64,000 bases of DNA, from NCBI GenBank assembly GCA_040385745.1, contig JAZKGU010000053.1:10097-74096 (forward strand), written 5' to 3'. The stretch comes from Pseudomonadota bacterium. GTDB taxonomy: Bacteria; Pseudomonadota; Gammaproteobacteria; Burkholderiales; Burkholderiaceae_D. A program made the translations under genes and the position numbers. Of the stretch, positions 30,073-38,965 are shown piece after piece (the first letter of the stretch is position 1; each line of letters opens with the position of its first letter). The notes beneath the pieces are model-generated. The model saw nothing but the letters and a program-made list of their open reading frames with translations. It was not told the origin of the DNA and did no database searches.

Positions 30073-30834
30073 TCAGCGGACCGAAGGCAAGCGCTCTCTA
30101 GCGGTCGCCGCAGCGGTCGAATCCGGATAGGCCGCAATCAAGTCCTGCAGAGCTTTGCGCGCCTTGACCTTGTCCTTCAAGACCAGGTGGCACGTCGCAA
30201 TGCCCAGCAGCGCATCGGGCGCCTTGGCGCTGTCGCGGTACTTGGTCACCACCACTTGATGCGCGGCATTGGCGTTCTTGCAGTCGTTGAGCGCGGAGAA
30301 GGCGTTGCCCAGCCAGTATTGCGCGATCGGGGTGTAGCCCGAGTTCGGATACGAGCGCACGAACTCCGCCAGTTCTGCAGTAGCAGCCTTGTAATCGCCG
30401 CCCTTGAGCGTCTGCATGGCCGAATCGTAAGCGCGCTGCTCAGTCGGCACGATCAAGGCTTCCTTGCCCTCGATGATGACCTGGCTCGGCTCCAGCTTTT
30501 TCAGACGCGTGTCGAGGTCGGCGTAGAAGTCCTTCTGGCGCTTCTGAATGGTGACGATGTCGTTGCTGAGCACCTCGAGCTGGCCGCGCAATTTCGCGAT
30601 TTCGGCAGCGACTTGCTCTTGCTGGTTCACCATGTTCAGCGCGCCGCTCTTGTCGGCCTTGGTGTCGATGCGGCTGTTGAGGTCCTTGGACAGGGCTTCG
30701 ACCTTCGCGCGCAGGTCGAGAATGGCCTTGCGGGCTTCGTCGTCGTCGAGCAGGCCGGCGTTAGCCTGCAGCGGCAGCCACGCAGCCAGTGCGAAGAGGG
30801 CGGCGGCCAGGCGGGGCTTGGTTATTCTGATCAT
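30073..30834 (-). CDS. cpoB: Tol-Pal system protein CpoB/YbgF
   Basis: 253 aa. Signal peptide, coiled-coil N-domain and C-terminal TPR. Last gene of the tol-pal cluster. Confidence 0.88.
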   Translation of the reverse strand: MIRITKPRLAAALFALAAWLPLQANAGLLDDDEARKAILDLRAKVEALSKDLNSRIDTKADKSGALNMVNQQEQVAAEIAKLRGQLEVLSNDIVTIQKRQKDFYADLDTRLKKLEPSQVIIEGKEALIVPTEQRAYDSAMQTLKGGDYKAATAELAEFVRSYPNSGYTPIAQYWLGNAFSALNDCKNANAAHQVVVTKYRDSAKAPDALLGIATCHLVLKDKVKARKALQDLIAAYPDSTAAATARERLPSVR

Positions 30835-30937
30835 TGTTCTACACTCTTTCTAAACCTGTTACTGATGAGGAAACGGGGAGGGTTGCAGTCTGCACCGCAA
30901 CGCTCCCCGTTGTCAAATAGCCGGTCCGGCTATCAAA

Positions 30938-31459
30938 TCAATAGACGATATCGGCGCGGCGGTTCTCAGCCCAGGCTGCTTCACCGGTGCCCACTGCCTT
31001 TGGCTTTTCTTCGCCCAGCGAGACTGCTTCCATCTGGCTTTCCGACACGCCCAGCGCTGCCATCGACTTGCGCACAGCTTCAGCACGCTTCTGGCCCAGG
31101 GCCAGGTTGTACTCGGTGCCGCCGCGCTCGTCGGTGTTGCCTTGGATCAGGATCTTGCGGCCCTTGTTCTTGTTCAGGTAGCCGGAGTGGCTCTCGACCA
31201 CGTTCTTGCCGTCGTCGCGCACCACGTAGCTGTCATAGTCGAAGTAGACGCTGCGCTTGGCCAGCACGCCTTTTGGATCGTTCAGCGGGTCGACCGAGTC
31301 AGCGGTAACCTGGGTAACGCTCTCGCGCTCGGCAGTGCTGCCGGTTGGCTTCGAAATTGGACGCTCGACAACGGCGGTGTCGGTCTTTGGCAGCGGGCTG
31401 TTGCAAGCTGCGAGCAGGGCGGCGCTCGTGATGATGACGGCAAGGCTGGTGGTGCGCAT
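30938..31459 (-). CDS. pal: Peptidoglycan-associated lipoprotein Pal
   Basis: AGGAGA lies 6 nt before the ATG at 31459. Lipobox LLAAC. OmpA-like C-domain (NTDERGGTEYNLALGQKRA). Confidence 0.92.
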   Translation of the reverse strand: MRTTSLAVIITSAALLAACNSPLPKTDTAVVERPISKPTGSTAERESVTQVTADSVDPLNDPKGVLAKRSVYFDYDSYVVRDDGKNVVESHSGYLNKNKGRKILIQGNTDERGGTEYNLALGQKRAEAVRKSMAALGVSESQMEAVSLGEEKPKAVGTGEAAWAENRRADIVY

Positions 31460-31496
31460 ATTTTTTCTCCTGGACATGGTTAAAGTTGCTGCTGTT

Positions 31497-32765
31497 TTAA
31501 TTCATAAAGGGGCCCCAGTTGGGCTCCCGAATGTTTCCTGCTTTTGTGGTCAAGCGCTGCTGGACACGGCCATCGACGGACACTACGGCCAGCGAAGTGC
31601 GTCCGCCGGTCTTGGTTGCGTACATGATGTATTTACCGTTCGGCGAGAAACTCGGTTCCGTGGCCGATTCAGCCAGGCGCAGTTCCTGGCCGCTCGCCAG
31701 ATCCATCGCGTACAGCGAATAGCCACCGTCGCGCTGGGAAACCCAGGCCAGGGTCTTGCCGTCGGACGATACGCGCGGGCTGATATTGTAGCTGCCTTTG
31801 AAGGTGATGCGCTGAGCATTGCCGCCGCTGGCGCTCATTTTGTAAATTTGCGGGCCGCCGCTGCGGTCGCTGGTGAAGTAAATGCTCTGGCCGTCGGCCG
31901 AAAACTGTGGCTCGGTGTCGATGCCGCTGCTGTTGGACAGGCGGCGCAGGCCGCTGCCGTCCACATTCACGCTGTAGACCTGGGTATTGCCGTCCTTGGA
32001 CAGAGCCACGGTCAGCTTGCTGCCGTCGGGCGACCACGATGGCGCCGAGTTGCTGCCTTTTTCGTTGACCACCACCTTGCGTGCGCCGCTCACCAGGTCC
32101 TGCACGTAGATCACGGGCTTGCGCTGCTCGAACGAGACGTAGGCAACCTTGTCGCCATCGGGCGACCAGGACGGCGAGATGATCGGTTCCTTGGAGCGCA
32201 CTGCCACCTGGGTGCCTTCGCCGTCGGCGTCGGCAATTTCCAGTCGGTAGTCGCGCTCGCCGCGGTTTTCATTGACGTAGGCAACGCGGGTGGCGAAGGC
32301 GCCGCGGGTGCCAGTCAGTTTTTCGTAGATGTCGTCGGCAATCTTGTGGGCGGTAACGCGGGTAAAGCGCGCGCCCTTGGCCAGCGTCAGGCTCGACAGC
32401 TGGGTGCTCTTGATGGTGTCATGCAGCTTGTAGCGCACTTCGATGCGCCCGTCGGACAGCTTGTCGACCGTGCCCACCACCAGGGCGTTGGCGCCGCGCG
32501 CCTTCCACTGGGCATGGTCGATGGCGCCGCTTTCACCGATCACGGTGCCGGTGCTGATGACCTTGAAAATGCCGCTGCGTTCCAGGTCGGCCTTGATGAT
32601 GGCGGACACTTCGGCTGGCGCTTCGGCTTCGTCGGCAAAGGTGGCGATGGCAACCGGAATCTGATTACTGCCTACACCCACGACTTCGACGCGCATCTGC
32701 GCGTAGGCGGAGGCGTGAACCAGCACAGCACCGGTCAGGACAAGCTTGCTTAATTTGGTCATCAT
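31497..32765 (-). CDS. tolB: Tol-Pal system beta-propeller protein TolB
   Basis: 422 aa. Signal peptide and repeated SP.WSPDG propeller blades. Confidence 0.93.
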   Translation of the reverse strand: MMTKLSKLVLTGAVLVHASAYAQMRVEVVGVGSNQIPVAIATFADEAEAPAEVSAIIKADLERSGIFKVISTGTVIGESGAIDHAQWKARGANALVVGTVDKLSDGRIEVRYKLHDTIKSTQLSSLTLAKGARFTRVTAHKIADDIYEKLTGTRGAFATRVAYVNENRGERDYRLEIADADGEGTQVAVRSKEPIISPSWSPDGDKVAYVSFEQRKPVIYVQDLVSGARKVVVNEKGSNSAPSWSPDGSKLTVALSKDGNTQVYSVNVDGSGLRRLSNSSGIDTEPQFSADGQSIYFTSDRSGGPQIYKMSASGGNAQRITFKGSYNISPRVSSDGKTLAWVSQRDGGYSLYAMDLASGQELRLAESATEPSFSPNGKYIMYATKTGGRTSLAVVSVDGRVQQRLTTKAGNIREPNWGPFMN

Positions 32766-32767
32766 GA

Positions 32768-33661
32768 TTAACGTTTTTCCTTAAGTCTGAAAGCTGCAGG
32801 TACAGATTTCTGTACCGTACCATCTTTCTTCTTGGGCAGCGGTGACGATACGGCAATGGCGCTTTTAATCGCTTCGTCATAGGCCGGAATGCCGCTGCTC
32901 TTGGTCATTCGAGCCGACATGATTTCGCCTGTCGGCAACTGGTCAATCTGAAACTCCGCCACCGGATCGCCGGGTACATCGGTATTACCTGCGTACACCA
33001 AATTAGACCTGATCTTCGCGGCAATTGCTGCGTAGTAGCTCGGGTCGCCTTTTGGCCCGCTTGATTTCTGTGCTTCGCCGCCTTCGCCCAGGGCGCCAAT
33101 CATGCGTTTGCGGTCGGCCGCGATCATCTTATCGAGGGTCGCTTTCTCGGCGGCAGCAGCTTTGGCTTCTGCTAATTTCTTCGCCTTCTCGGCTTCTTTT
33201 TTCTTCGCGGCTTCCTGCTCGGCCAGTTTCTTCTTCTCGAGCTCTTCCGCTTTCTTCTTTTCCTGCTCGTCGATCAGGCGTTCTTGCGCCAGCTTCTCGG
33301 CTTGCTGCTTCTTCAGCTTCTGTTCCTTGATACGCTCGAGCGCGATATCTGGTTCCTTCGGGGGCACGGCTTGCGCGACCGGCGGCGGAGGCGCGCGCCG
33401 AACCGGCTCGGGCTCGGGCGGGCGCACCGGTTCTGGCGTCGGTTCCGGCGGCGCCGCAGCCGACTTCACGTTCAAATCCCATACCTCGGCCTCGACTGCG
33501 ATGGGTTCGGTGTTCTGCCAGCGAATGCCCGACCACAGGAACAGCAGCAGTCCCGCATGCACCACAATGGCCAGAATGATCGATGGCACATTGCTTGGTT
33601 CCGGCGGCACCCGGTAGGGAATCCCTCCGGCGGCGCCAGGATTCATCGTTGCCATGGTCAA
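32768..33661 (-). CDS. tolA: Cell envelope integrity protein TolA
   Basis: 297 aa. N-terminal TM, Pro-rich then Lys/Glu/Ala-rich helical domain, and a small C-terminal domain. Confidence 0.85.
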   Translation of the reverse strand: MTMATMNPGAAGGIPYRVPPEPSNVPSIILAIVVHAGLLLFLWSGIRWQNTEPIAVEAEVWDLNVKSAAAPPEPTPEPVRPPEPEPVRRAPPPPVAQAVPPKEPDIALERIKEQKLKKQQAEKLAQERLIDEQEKKKAEELEKKKLAEQEAAKKKEAEKAKKLAEAKAAAAEKATLDKMIAADRKRMIGALGEGGEAQKSSGPKGDPSYYAAIAAKIRSNLVYAGNTDVPGDPVAEFQIDQLPTGEIMSARMTKSSGIPAYDEAIKSAIAVSSPLPKKKDGTVQKSVPAAFRLKEKR

Positions 33662-34095
33662 TCCTTGGTCGCCAGTCCGACGCGTACTATGCCCATCTTC
33701 TTCGACTCAGAGATCAGCTGGATCACCTCGTCGTACTTGATGTCTTTGTCGCCCGAAATCATGACCGGATAGTCCGGATTGGCCTCGTGCAGCGAGCGCA
33801 GGCGGCGCAGCAGGGCAGGGCGGTTGGGCATGGATTCCGGTGCGCGGGTCTGCTTGCCGTTAATGCCAATCGACAACGTGGAATCGGGCTTGATCACGAT
33901 CTGGATGTAGTCGTTCGGCGGCAGCGCCGATTTCTGCGCGGTCGGCAGGTTGATCACGCTGGGGCTGTTTGCCGGCGGGATCACCATGAAAATAATCAGC
34001 AGCACGAGCATTACGTCGATGTACGGCACGACGTTGATTTCGGACTTGAACTTGCGTTTGCGACCGCTGCGCAGGCTGCTGGAGGAAAAGGCCAT
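33658..34095 (-). CDS. tolR: Tol-Pal system protein TolR (ExbD/TolR family)
   Basis: 145 aa. INVVPYIDVMLVLLIIFM motif. 4-bp overlap with tolA. Confidence 0.9.
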   Translation of the reverse strand: MAFSSSSLRSGRKRKFKSEINVVPYIDVMLVLLIIFMVIPPANSPSVINLPTAQKSALPPNDYIQIVIKPDSTLSIGINGKQTRAPESMPNRPALLRRLRSLHEANPDYPVMISGDKDIKYDEVIQLISESKKMGIVRVGLATKD

Positions 34096-34107
34096 TGCTC
34101 GCTCCGC

Positions 34108-34800
34108 TTAGCGCGACTGGCGCTGCAAGATGTTCGAGAATTCTTCGACGAAGCTCTCGAAACGGGTGGCCAGGCGATCGATGTCGTGGGTGTAGCGGTT
34201 GTAGGCGACTACGGCTGGAATGGCGGCGAACAGCCCGATGGCGGTGGCGATCAGCGCTTCGGCAATGCCGGGCGCCACGGCGGCCAGGGTGGCCTGCTGC
34301 ACGTTAGCCAGGCCGCGGAAGGAGTTCATGATGCCCCATACCGTGCCGAGCAGGCCGATGTAAGGCGAGACCGAACCCACCGACGCCAAAAAATTCAGGT
34401 GGCTATCGAGGCTGTCCATTTCACGCTGGAAGGCGGCGCGCATGGCGCGGCGGGCGCCATCGAGCACGGCGCCGGTTTCAAGCGGGTCGCGCTTTTCGGA
34501 AGCCTGCTTGCCCTTGATGAATTCGCCCATGCCCGCTTCAAAGATGCGGGCCAGCGCGCCGTTCTGTTCACGGCTGGTGGCGGCGTTCTGGTGCAGGGTA
34601 TGCAGATTGCCCCCGGCCCAGAAGCTGCGCTCGAATTTTTCGGTCTGGGTGCGGGCCGCGCGAATCGCGAAGCTCTTGCGGAAAATATAGGTCCAGCTCA
34701 TCAGCGATAAGACCAGCAGCAGGACCATGATCAGCTGCACGATCAGGTGCGCGTTGCTGATCAGGGCGACAAAGGAAAGGTCTTGGGCTACATCATTCAT
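34108..34800 (-). CDS. tolQ: Tol-Pal system protein TolQ (MotA/TolQ/ExbB)
   Basis: 230 aa, three TM, with SVSPYIGLLGTVWGIM motif. Confidence 0.92.
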   Translation of the reverse strand: MNDVAQDLSFVALISNAHLIVQLIMVLLLVLSLMSWTYIFRKSFAIRAARTQTEKFERSFWAGGNLHTLHQNAATSREQNGALARIFEAGMGEFIKGKQASEKRDPLETGAVLDGARRAMRAAFQREMDSLDSHLNFLASVGSVSPYIGLLGTVWGIMNSFRGLANVQQATLAAVAPGIAEALIATAIGLFAAIPAVVAYNRYTHDIDRLATRFESFVEEFSNILQRQSR

Positions 34801-34826
34801 CGGGTTCGGGTTCGGTTCGTTGTGGT

Positions 34827-35243
34827 TCAGGCGGTGCGCATTTTAGCAGCGGTGGCGGCGGACAGGGCGCGCGGGCGAAGCGTATTGGCGTCCACACAAC
34901 CTACCTTGACGCTTGCGACGGCAAGCATGGCGTCGCAGCACCACGCTTCCTGCACAAACTGGACCGAGGCGCGGCCGAGCTTCTCTATACGCAAAGTTAA
35001 TTTTAATTCATCATCCAGTTTCGCTGGCGCATGATAGTCGATGGCGGCATGCTTGACGACGAAGATGGCGCCGTCTTCCTGCAGCAATTGGTGCTGGTTG
35101 ACACCGCAGGCGCGCAGCCACTCGGTACGCGCGCGCTCAAAAAATTTCAGGTAGTTGGCGTAAAAAACAATGCCACCGGCGTCGGTGTCTTCGTAATACA
35201 CCCGGACCGGCCACGTGAATTCTGCGGGCATCTGCATTGCCAA
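34827..35243 (-). CDS. ybgC: Tol-Pal-associated acyl-CoA thioesterase YbgC
   Basis: 138 aa. 4HBT hot-dog motif VYYEDTDAGGIVFYANY. Confidence 0.88.
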   Translation of the reverse strand: MAMQMPAEFTWPVRVYYEDTDAGGIVFYANYLKFFERARTEWLRACGVNQHQLLQEDGAIFVVKHAAIDYHAPAKLDDELKLTLRIEKLGRASVQFVQEAWCCDAMLAVASVKVGCVDANTLRPRALSAATAAKMRTA

Positions 35244-35280
35244 TAGTAGAGGTGGGGAACATTTTAAACGATGATGCCTG

Positions 35281-35306
35281 TTTTATGTGCGATAGGGCAC
35301 ATAAAA
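35281..35306. promoter_or_regulatory. Perfect 10-bp inverted repeat (candidate operator) upstream of ybgC-tol
   Basis: ttttatgtgc-gatagg-gcacataaaa, 38 bp upstream of the ybgC start. Confidence 0.35.
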
Positions 35307-35336
35307 TTGGTGACAAAACGTTGCGGCGCGCAGTCC

Positions 35337-35419
35337 GGGGTCAGGTCCCCCATTTGCACACGAGCCGGACCGTAGCGCTCGCTACGGTCCGGCTCGTGGG
35401 CAAATGGGGGACCTGACCC
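35337..35419. repeat. Near-perfect 83-nt palindrome (extragenic palindromic element, family 2)
   Basis: ggggtcaggtcccccatttgcacacgagccggaccgtagcg / ctcgctacggtccggctcgtgggcaaatgggggacctgaccc. The ~40-nt arms differ at one position. Lies between the SDR stop and the ybgC promoter. Confidence 0.85.
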
Positions 35420-35431
35420 TCGCGGTTCCCG

Positions 35432-36178
35432 CTAGCTGCGCTTGACGGTGAACGGCGAAAATCCCTGGCAGGTCGGCATCATTTCGATGGTGTTGATGTT
35501 GATATGCGGCGGCAGCGTCGCTACCCAGTAGGCTGTCTCGGCAATATCGCTGGCCGTCAAAGGCGTGGTTCCTTCGTACACCTTGGCGGCGGCCGCGTCG
35601 TTGCCCTTGAAGCGCACGTTCGAAAACTCGGTGCCGCCGCACAGGCCGGGGGCCAGATTGGTGGCCCGCACCCCGGTGCCGACCAGATCGGCGCGCAGGT
35701 TCAGGGTGAACTGGTCGACAAACGCTTTGCTTGCGCCGTAAACATTGCCGCCCGGGTAAGGGAAGTGGCCCGCCACCGAGCCGAGATTGATCACCAGACC
35801 GCTGCCGCGCTCCACCATGGCCGGCAGCACCGCGCGCGTCATGGTGACCAGGCCGGTGCAGTTGGTGGCGATCATGGTTTCCCAGTCGGCCAGCGAGGCT
35901 TCGTGGGCAGGTTCGGTCCCGAGCGCCAGGCCGGCATTATTGATCAGTACGTCAATCTGGCGCCATGACTGCGGCAGCATCGACAGCGCTTCATTGATCG
36001 ATTCCTTGGACGTAACATCCATTTCCAGCGCCAGCGCGTGATCGCCCAGTTCGGCAGCCAGGGCGTCCAGGCGGTCCTTGCGGCGGCCGCAAATGACGAC
36101 TTGGTGCCCGTTTTTGACGAATGTACGTGCCATTTCGGCGCCAAACCCGGCCGACGCGCCGGTAATGAAGACGATCAT
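35432..36178 (-). CDS. Short-chain dehydrogenase/reductase (YdfG-like NADP-dependent 3-hydroxy acid dehydrogenase)
   Basis: ITGASAGFG Rossmann motif, NNAG, and the YGASK catalytic motif. Start is ATG 36178 or TTG 36190. Confidence 0.82.
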   Translation of the reverse strand: MIVFITGASAGFGAEMARTFVKNGHQVVICGRRKDRLDALAAELGDHALALEMDVTSKESINEALSMLPQSWRQIDVLINNAGLALGTEPAHEASLADWETMIATNCTGLVTMTRAVLPAMVERGSGLVINLGSVAGHFPYPGGNVYGASKAFVDQFTLNLRADLVGTGVRATNLAPGLCGGTEFSNVRFKGNDAAAAKVYEGTTPLTASDIAETAYWVATLPPHININTIEMMPTCQGFSPFTVKRS

Positions 36179-36307
36179 GAAGTAGTCCAAGGTGAGATTG
36201 AGTGTAAATTGTAGCCGATATGTCCATCCCGAACCGCTTCGGCCGGGTTTTCACTGGGCGCTTCCTTGCCCTTATCAAGGGTTTAACTTACAATCTGGGC
36301 TCCATTA

Positions 36308-36412
36308 CGTCTCACGTAACTGGCGAAAAGTCGCGGCGCTCATGCCCGTCGGCGAAAGGTGGGCTTCCACCGGGGAACGTGAGATTTCAACAGCCGTTCG
36401 CCTGGGCAGCCA
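36308..36412 (+). promoter_or_regulatory. ZTP (pfl motif) riboswitch in the glyA leader
   Basis: P1 ctcacgt (36311-17) pairs with acgtgag (36378-84). Conserved actggcg, ggtgggcttccaccgggga, and the 3' module ccgttcgcctgggcag. Lies ~100 nt upstream of glyA, a classic ZTP-regulated gene. Confidence 0.8.
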
Positions 36413-36507
36413 CCGATGGAAGCGCACGATGAGGCTGCTCGTCCTATTTCGGCCCCCTCATTCGATCCTGAAGCTGCCTCGCCCCACTTATCGATTGGAG
36501 TTTTTTC

Positions 36508-37755
36508 ATGTTTGCAAAAGATCACACGCTCGCCAATGTTGACCCTGAACTGTGGGGCGCCATCCAGAAGGAAAACACGCGCCAGCAGGATCACATCGAG
36601 TTGATCGCGTCTGAGAATTACACCTCGCCGGCCGTCATGCAGGCCCAGGGCTCGCAGCTGACCAACAAGTATGCCGAAGGCTATCCAGGCAAGCGCTATT
36701 ACGGCGGTTGCGAATTCGTCGACATCGCCGAGCAGCTCGCGATCGACCGCATCAAGCAACTGTTTGGCGCCGAGGCGGCCAATGTACAGCCCAATTCCGG
36801 CTCTCAGGCCAACCAGGGCGTGTTCTTCGCCATGCTCAAGCCGGGCGACACCATCATGGGCATGTCGCTGGCCGAAGGCGGCCACCTGACCCACGGCATG
36901 GCGCTGAACATGTCGGGCAAGTGGTTCAACGTCGTCTCGTACGGCCTGACGCCGGAAGAAGACATCGACTACGAGGCGATGGAGCGGCTGGCGCGCGAGC
37001 ACAAGCCGAAGCTGATCATCGCCGGCGCCTCGGCGTTTTCGCTGAAGATCGACTTCGAGCGCTTCGCCAAGGTCGCCAAGGAAATCGGCGCCTACTTCAT
37101 GGTCGACATGGCGCACTACGCCGGCCTGATCGCCGCCGGCCTGTACCCGAACCCGGTGCCGCACGCCGACTTCGTCACCTCGACCACGCACAAGTCGCTG
37201 CGCGGCCCGCGCGGCGGCATCATCCTGATGAAGGCCGAGCACGAAAAGGCCATCAACTCGGCCATCTTCCCGGGTATCCAGGGCGGTCCGCTGATGCACG
37301 TCATCGCCGGCAAGGCCGTCGCTTTCAAGGAAGCGCTGCAGCCTGAATTCAAGGAATACCAGCAGCAGGTCGTCAAGAACGCCGACGCACTGGCCAAGGC
37401 GCTGATCGCGCGCGGCCTGCGCATCGTGTCCGGCCGCACCGAGTCGCACGTGATGCTGGTGGACCTGCGCGCCAAGAACCTGACCGGCAAGGAAGCCGAA
37501 GCGCTGCTGGGCGCGGCCCACATGACCTGCAACAAGAACGGTATTCCGAACGATCCGCAAAAGCCTTTCGTGACTTCGGGCATTCGCCTCGGTTCGCCCG
37601 CCTTTACCACGCGCGGCTTCAAGGAAGAAGATGCGACCATCGTCGGCAACCTGATCGCTGACATCCTCGACAACCCGAATGACGCTGCCGTCGTCGAGCG
37701 CGTCAAGGCCGAGGTCAAGAAGCTGACCGATAAATATCCGGTCTACGCGGCTTAA
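36508..37755 (+). CDS. glyA: Serine hydroxymethyltransferase
   Basis: 415 aa with the [17 protein letters not shown]-lysine motif. Confidence 0.96.
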   Translation: MFAKDHTLANVDPELWGAIQKENTRQQDHIELIASENYTSPAVMQAQGSQLTNKYAEGYPGKRYYGGCEFVDIAEQLAIDRIKQLFGAEAANVQPNSGSQANQGVFFAMLKPGDTIMGMSLAEGGHLTHGMALNMSGKWFNVVSYGLTPEEDIDYEAMERLAREHKPKLIIAGASAFSLKIDFERFAKVAKEIGAYFMVDMAHYAGLIAAGLYPNPVPHADFVTSTTHKSLRGPRGGIILMKAEHEKAINSAIFPGIQGGPLMHVIAGKAVAFKEALQPEFKEYQQQVVKNADALAKALIARGLRIVSGRTESHVMLVDLRAKNLTGKEAEALLGAAHMTCNKNGIPNDPQKPFVTSGIRLGSPAFTTRGFKEEDATIVGNLIADILDNPNDAAVVERVKAEVKKLTDKYPVYAA

Positions 37756-37775
37756 AGCCAGCACCGGCGCCCCAG

Positions 37776-38243
37776 ATGAAATGCCCTTTCTGCCAGCACG
37801 AAGATACCCAGGTACTCGATACGCGCGTGGCCGAGGAGGGCGATTCGATCCGGCGCCGGCGCCGCTGCGCCAAGTGTGACAAGCGCTTCACCACCAAGGA
37901 GCGTATCGAGCTGTCGATGCCGATCATCGTCAAGAAGAACGGCAGCCGCACCGAGTACACCTCGGCCAAGCTACGCGGGAGCCTGATGCTGGCGCTGCGC
38001 AAGCGGCCGGTATCGGCCGAGGCGATCGACACCGCGATTGCCTCCATCGAAGAGAAACTGCTCACCAGCGGCCAGCGCGAAGTCGAAACCGGCTACGTGG
38101 GCGAACTGGTGATGCAGGAACTCAAACGCCTCGACAAGATTGCCTACATCCGCTTTGCCTCGGTCTACAAGAACTTTGAAGACCTGGCCGAATTCCAGGA
38201 CGCCATCGCCGAAGTCGGCCAAGAGCGCAAGCCGCGAAAATAA
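37776..38243 (+). CDS. nrdR: Transcriptional repressor NrdR
   Basis: 155 aa. MKCPFCQH...RRRRCAKC zinc ribbon plus ATP-cone. Confidence 0.93.
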   Translation: MKCPFCQHEDTQVLDTRVAEEGDSIRRRRRCAKCDKRFTTKERIELSMPIIVKKNGSRTEYTSAKLRGSLMLALRKRPVSAEAIDTAIASIEEKLLTSGQREVETGYVGELVMQELKRLDKIAYIRFASVYKNFEDLAEFQDAIAEVGQERKPRK

Positions 38244-38404
38244 GTCCCTTTGCACACTTGAGGCAGGTCAGCCGCGCACCCGCCGCGCCTGATAACTTGG
38301 TGCCCAAGCGATCCAGATCAATCCACACTTAGCGAACTCTGCAGGTAACTGCGGGGCGCCGCGTGGGGCCCGTCTGCGGCGCACTCACGCTCGCGGAGGC
38401 ACTG

Positions 38405-38965
38405 GTGCGATCCCATCTAGTTGCAGGTTTTACCCTGGTCGAAGTACTCGTTGCGGTGCTGGTGCTTGCCATCGGCATCCTGGGTGCGGCAGGCGCGCAG
38501 GTGGCCGCGCTGCGCACGCGCCAGGGCACGGGTCTGATGTCCGGCGGGGTGCAGCTGGCCAGCGCGCTGGCCGATCACATGCGCGCCAATGCGGCGCGCG
38601 AATCGGGCGCCGTTAGCCCGTATCTGCAGCTGGCCTACGACGCCGATGCCGACGGTGCGCCTGTGGCGCCGGGCTTCACCTGCTACGCCGGCAGCGCCTG
38701 CACCGCGGCGCAAATGGCGGCGTTCGACGTCCACGAAGCCAAGCTCGAACTGTACACCCGCTTTCCGGGCGGGCGCATCGTGGTGTGCCGCGATGCTACG
38801 GTGTGGGCCGAGTCCCGGCGCGCGCTCAGCTGGGAGTGCGCGGGCGACGCATCGGCACCGGTGGTCATCAAGCTTGGCTGGCGCGGCCAGCGCACTGGCG
38901 CCACGGCTGATGGCCTGCCCCCGGCCCCCGCGCTGGCGCTGGTGGTGGGCGGGAGCGGCTCATGA
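38405..38965 (+). CDS. pilV: Type IV pilus minor pilin PilV
   Basis: GGAGG lies 5 nt before the GTG at 38405. The prepilin leader ends in G|FTLVEVLVAVLVL. The track start at 38363 would give an atypically long leader. Confidence 0.75.
   Translation: MRSHLVAGFTLVEVLVAVLVLAIGILGAAGAQVAALRTRQGTGLMSGGVQLASALADHMRANAARESGAVSPYLQLAYDADADGAPVAPGFTCYAGSACTAAQMAAFDVHEAKLELYTRFPGGRIVVCRDATVWAESRRALSWECAGDASAPVVIKLGWRGQRTGATADGLPPAPALALVVGGSGS

Noticed and set aside
36340-37764. 474-aa ORF antisense to glyA. Similar long antisense ORFs include 653-2014 opposite argG, 22485-24560 opposite the RND permease, 47373-50015 opposite the M16 peptidase, and 30022-31308 and 31257-32753 opposite cpoB/pal/tolB.
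   Set aside because: These are typical GC-rich shadow ORFs. Their products are Arg/Ala/Gly/His-rich low-complexity strings with no motifs. The opposite strand in each case encodes an unmistakable conserved protein.
38244-38404. Possible sigma54 (-24/-12) promoter upstream of pilV (cttggtgcccaagcga).
   Set aside because: The GG and GC elements are not at the required spacing, so I do not call it.
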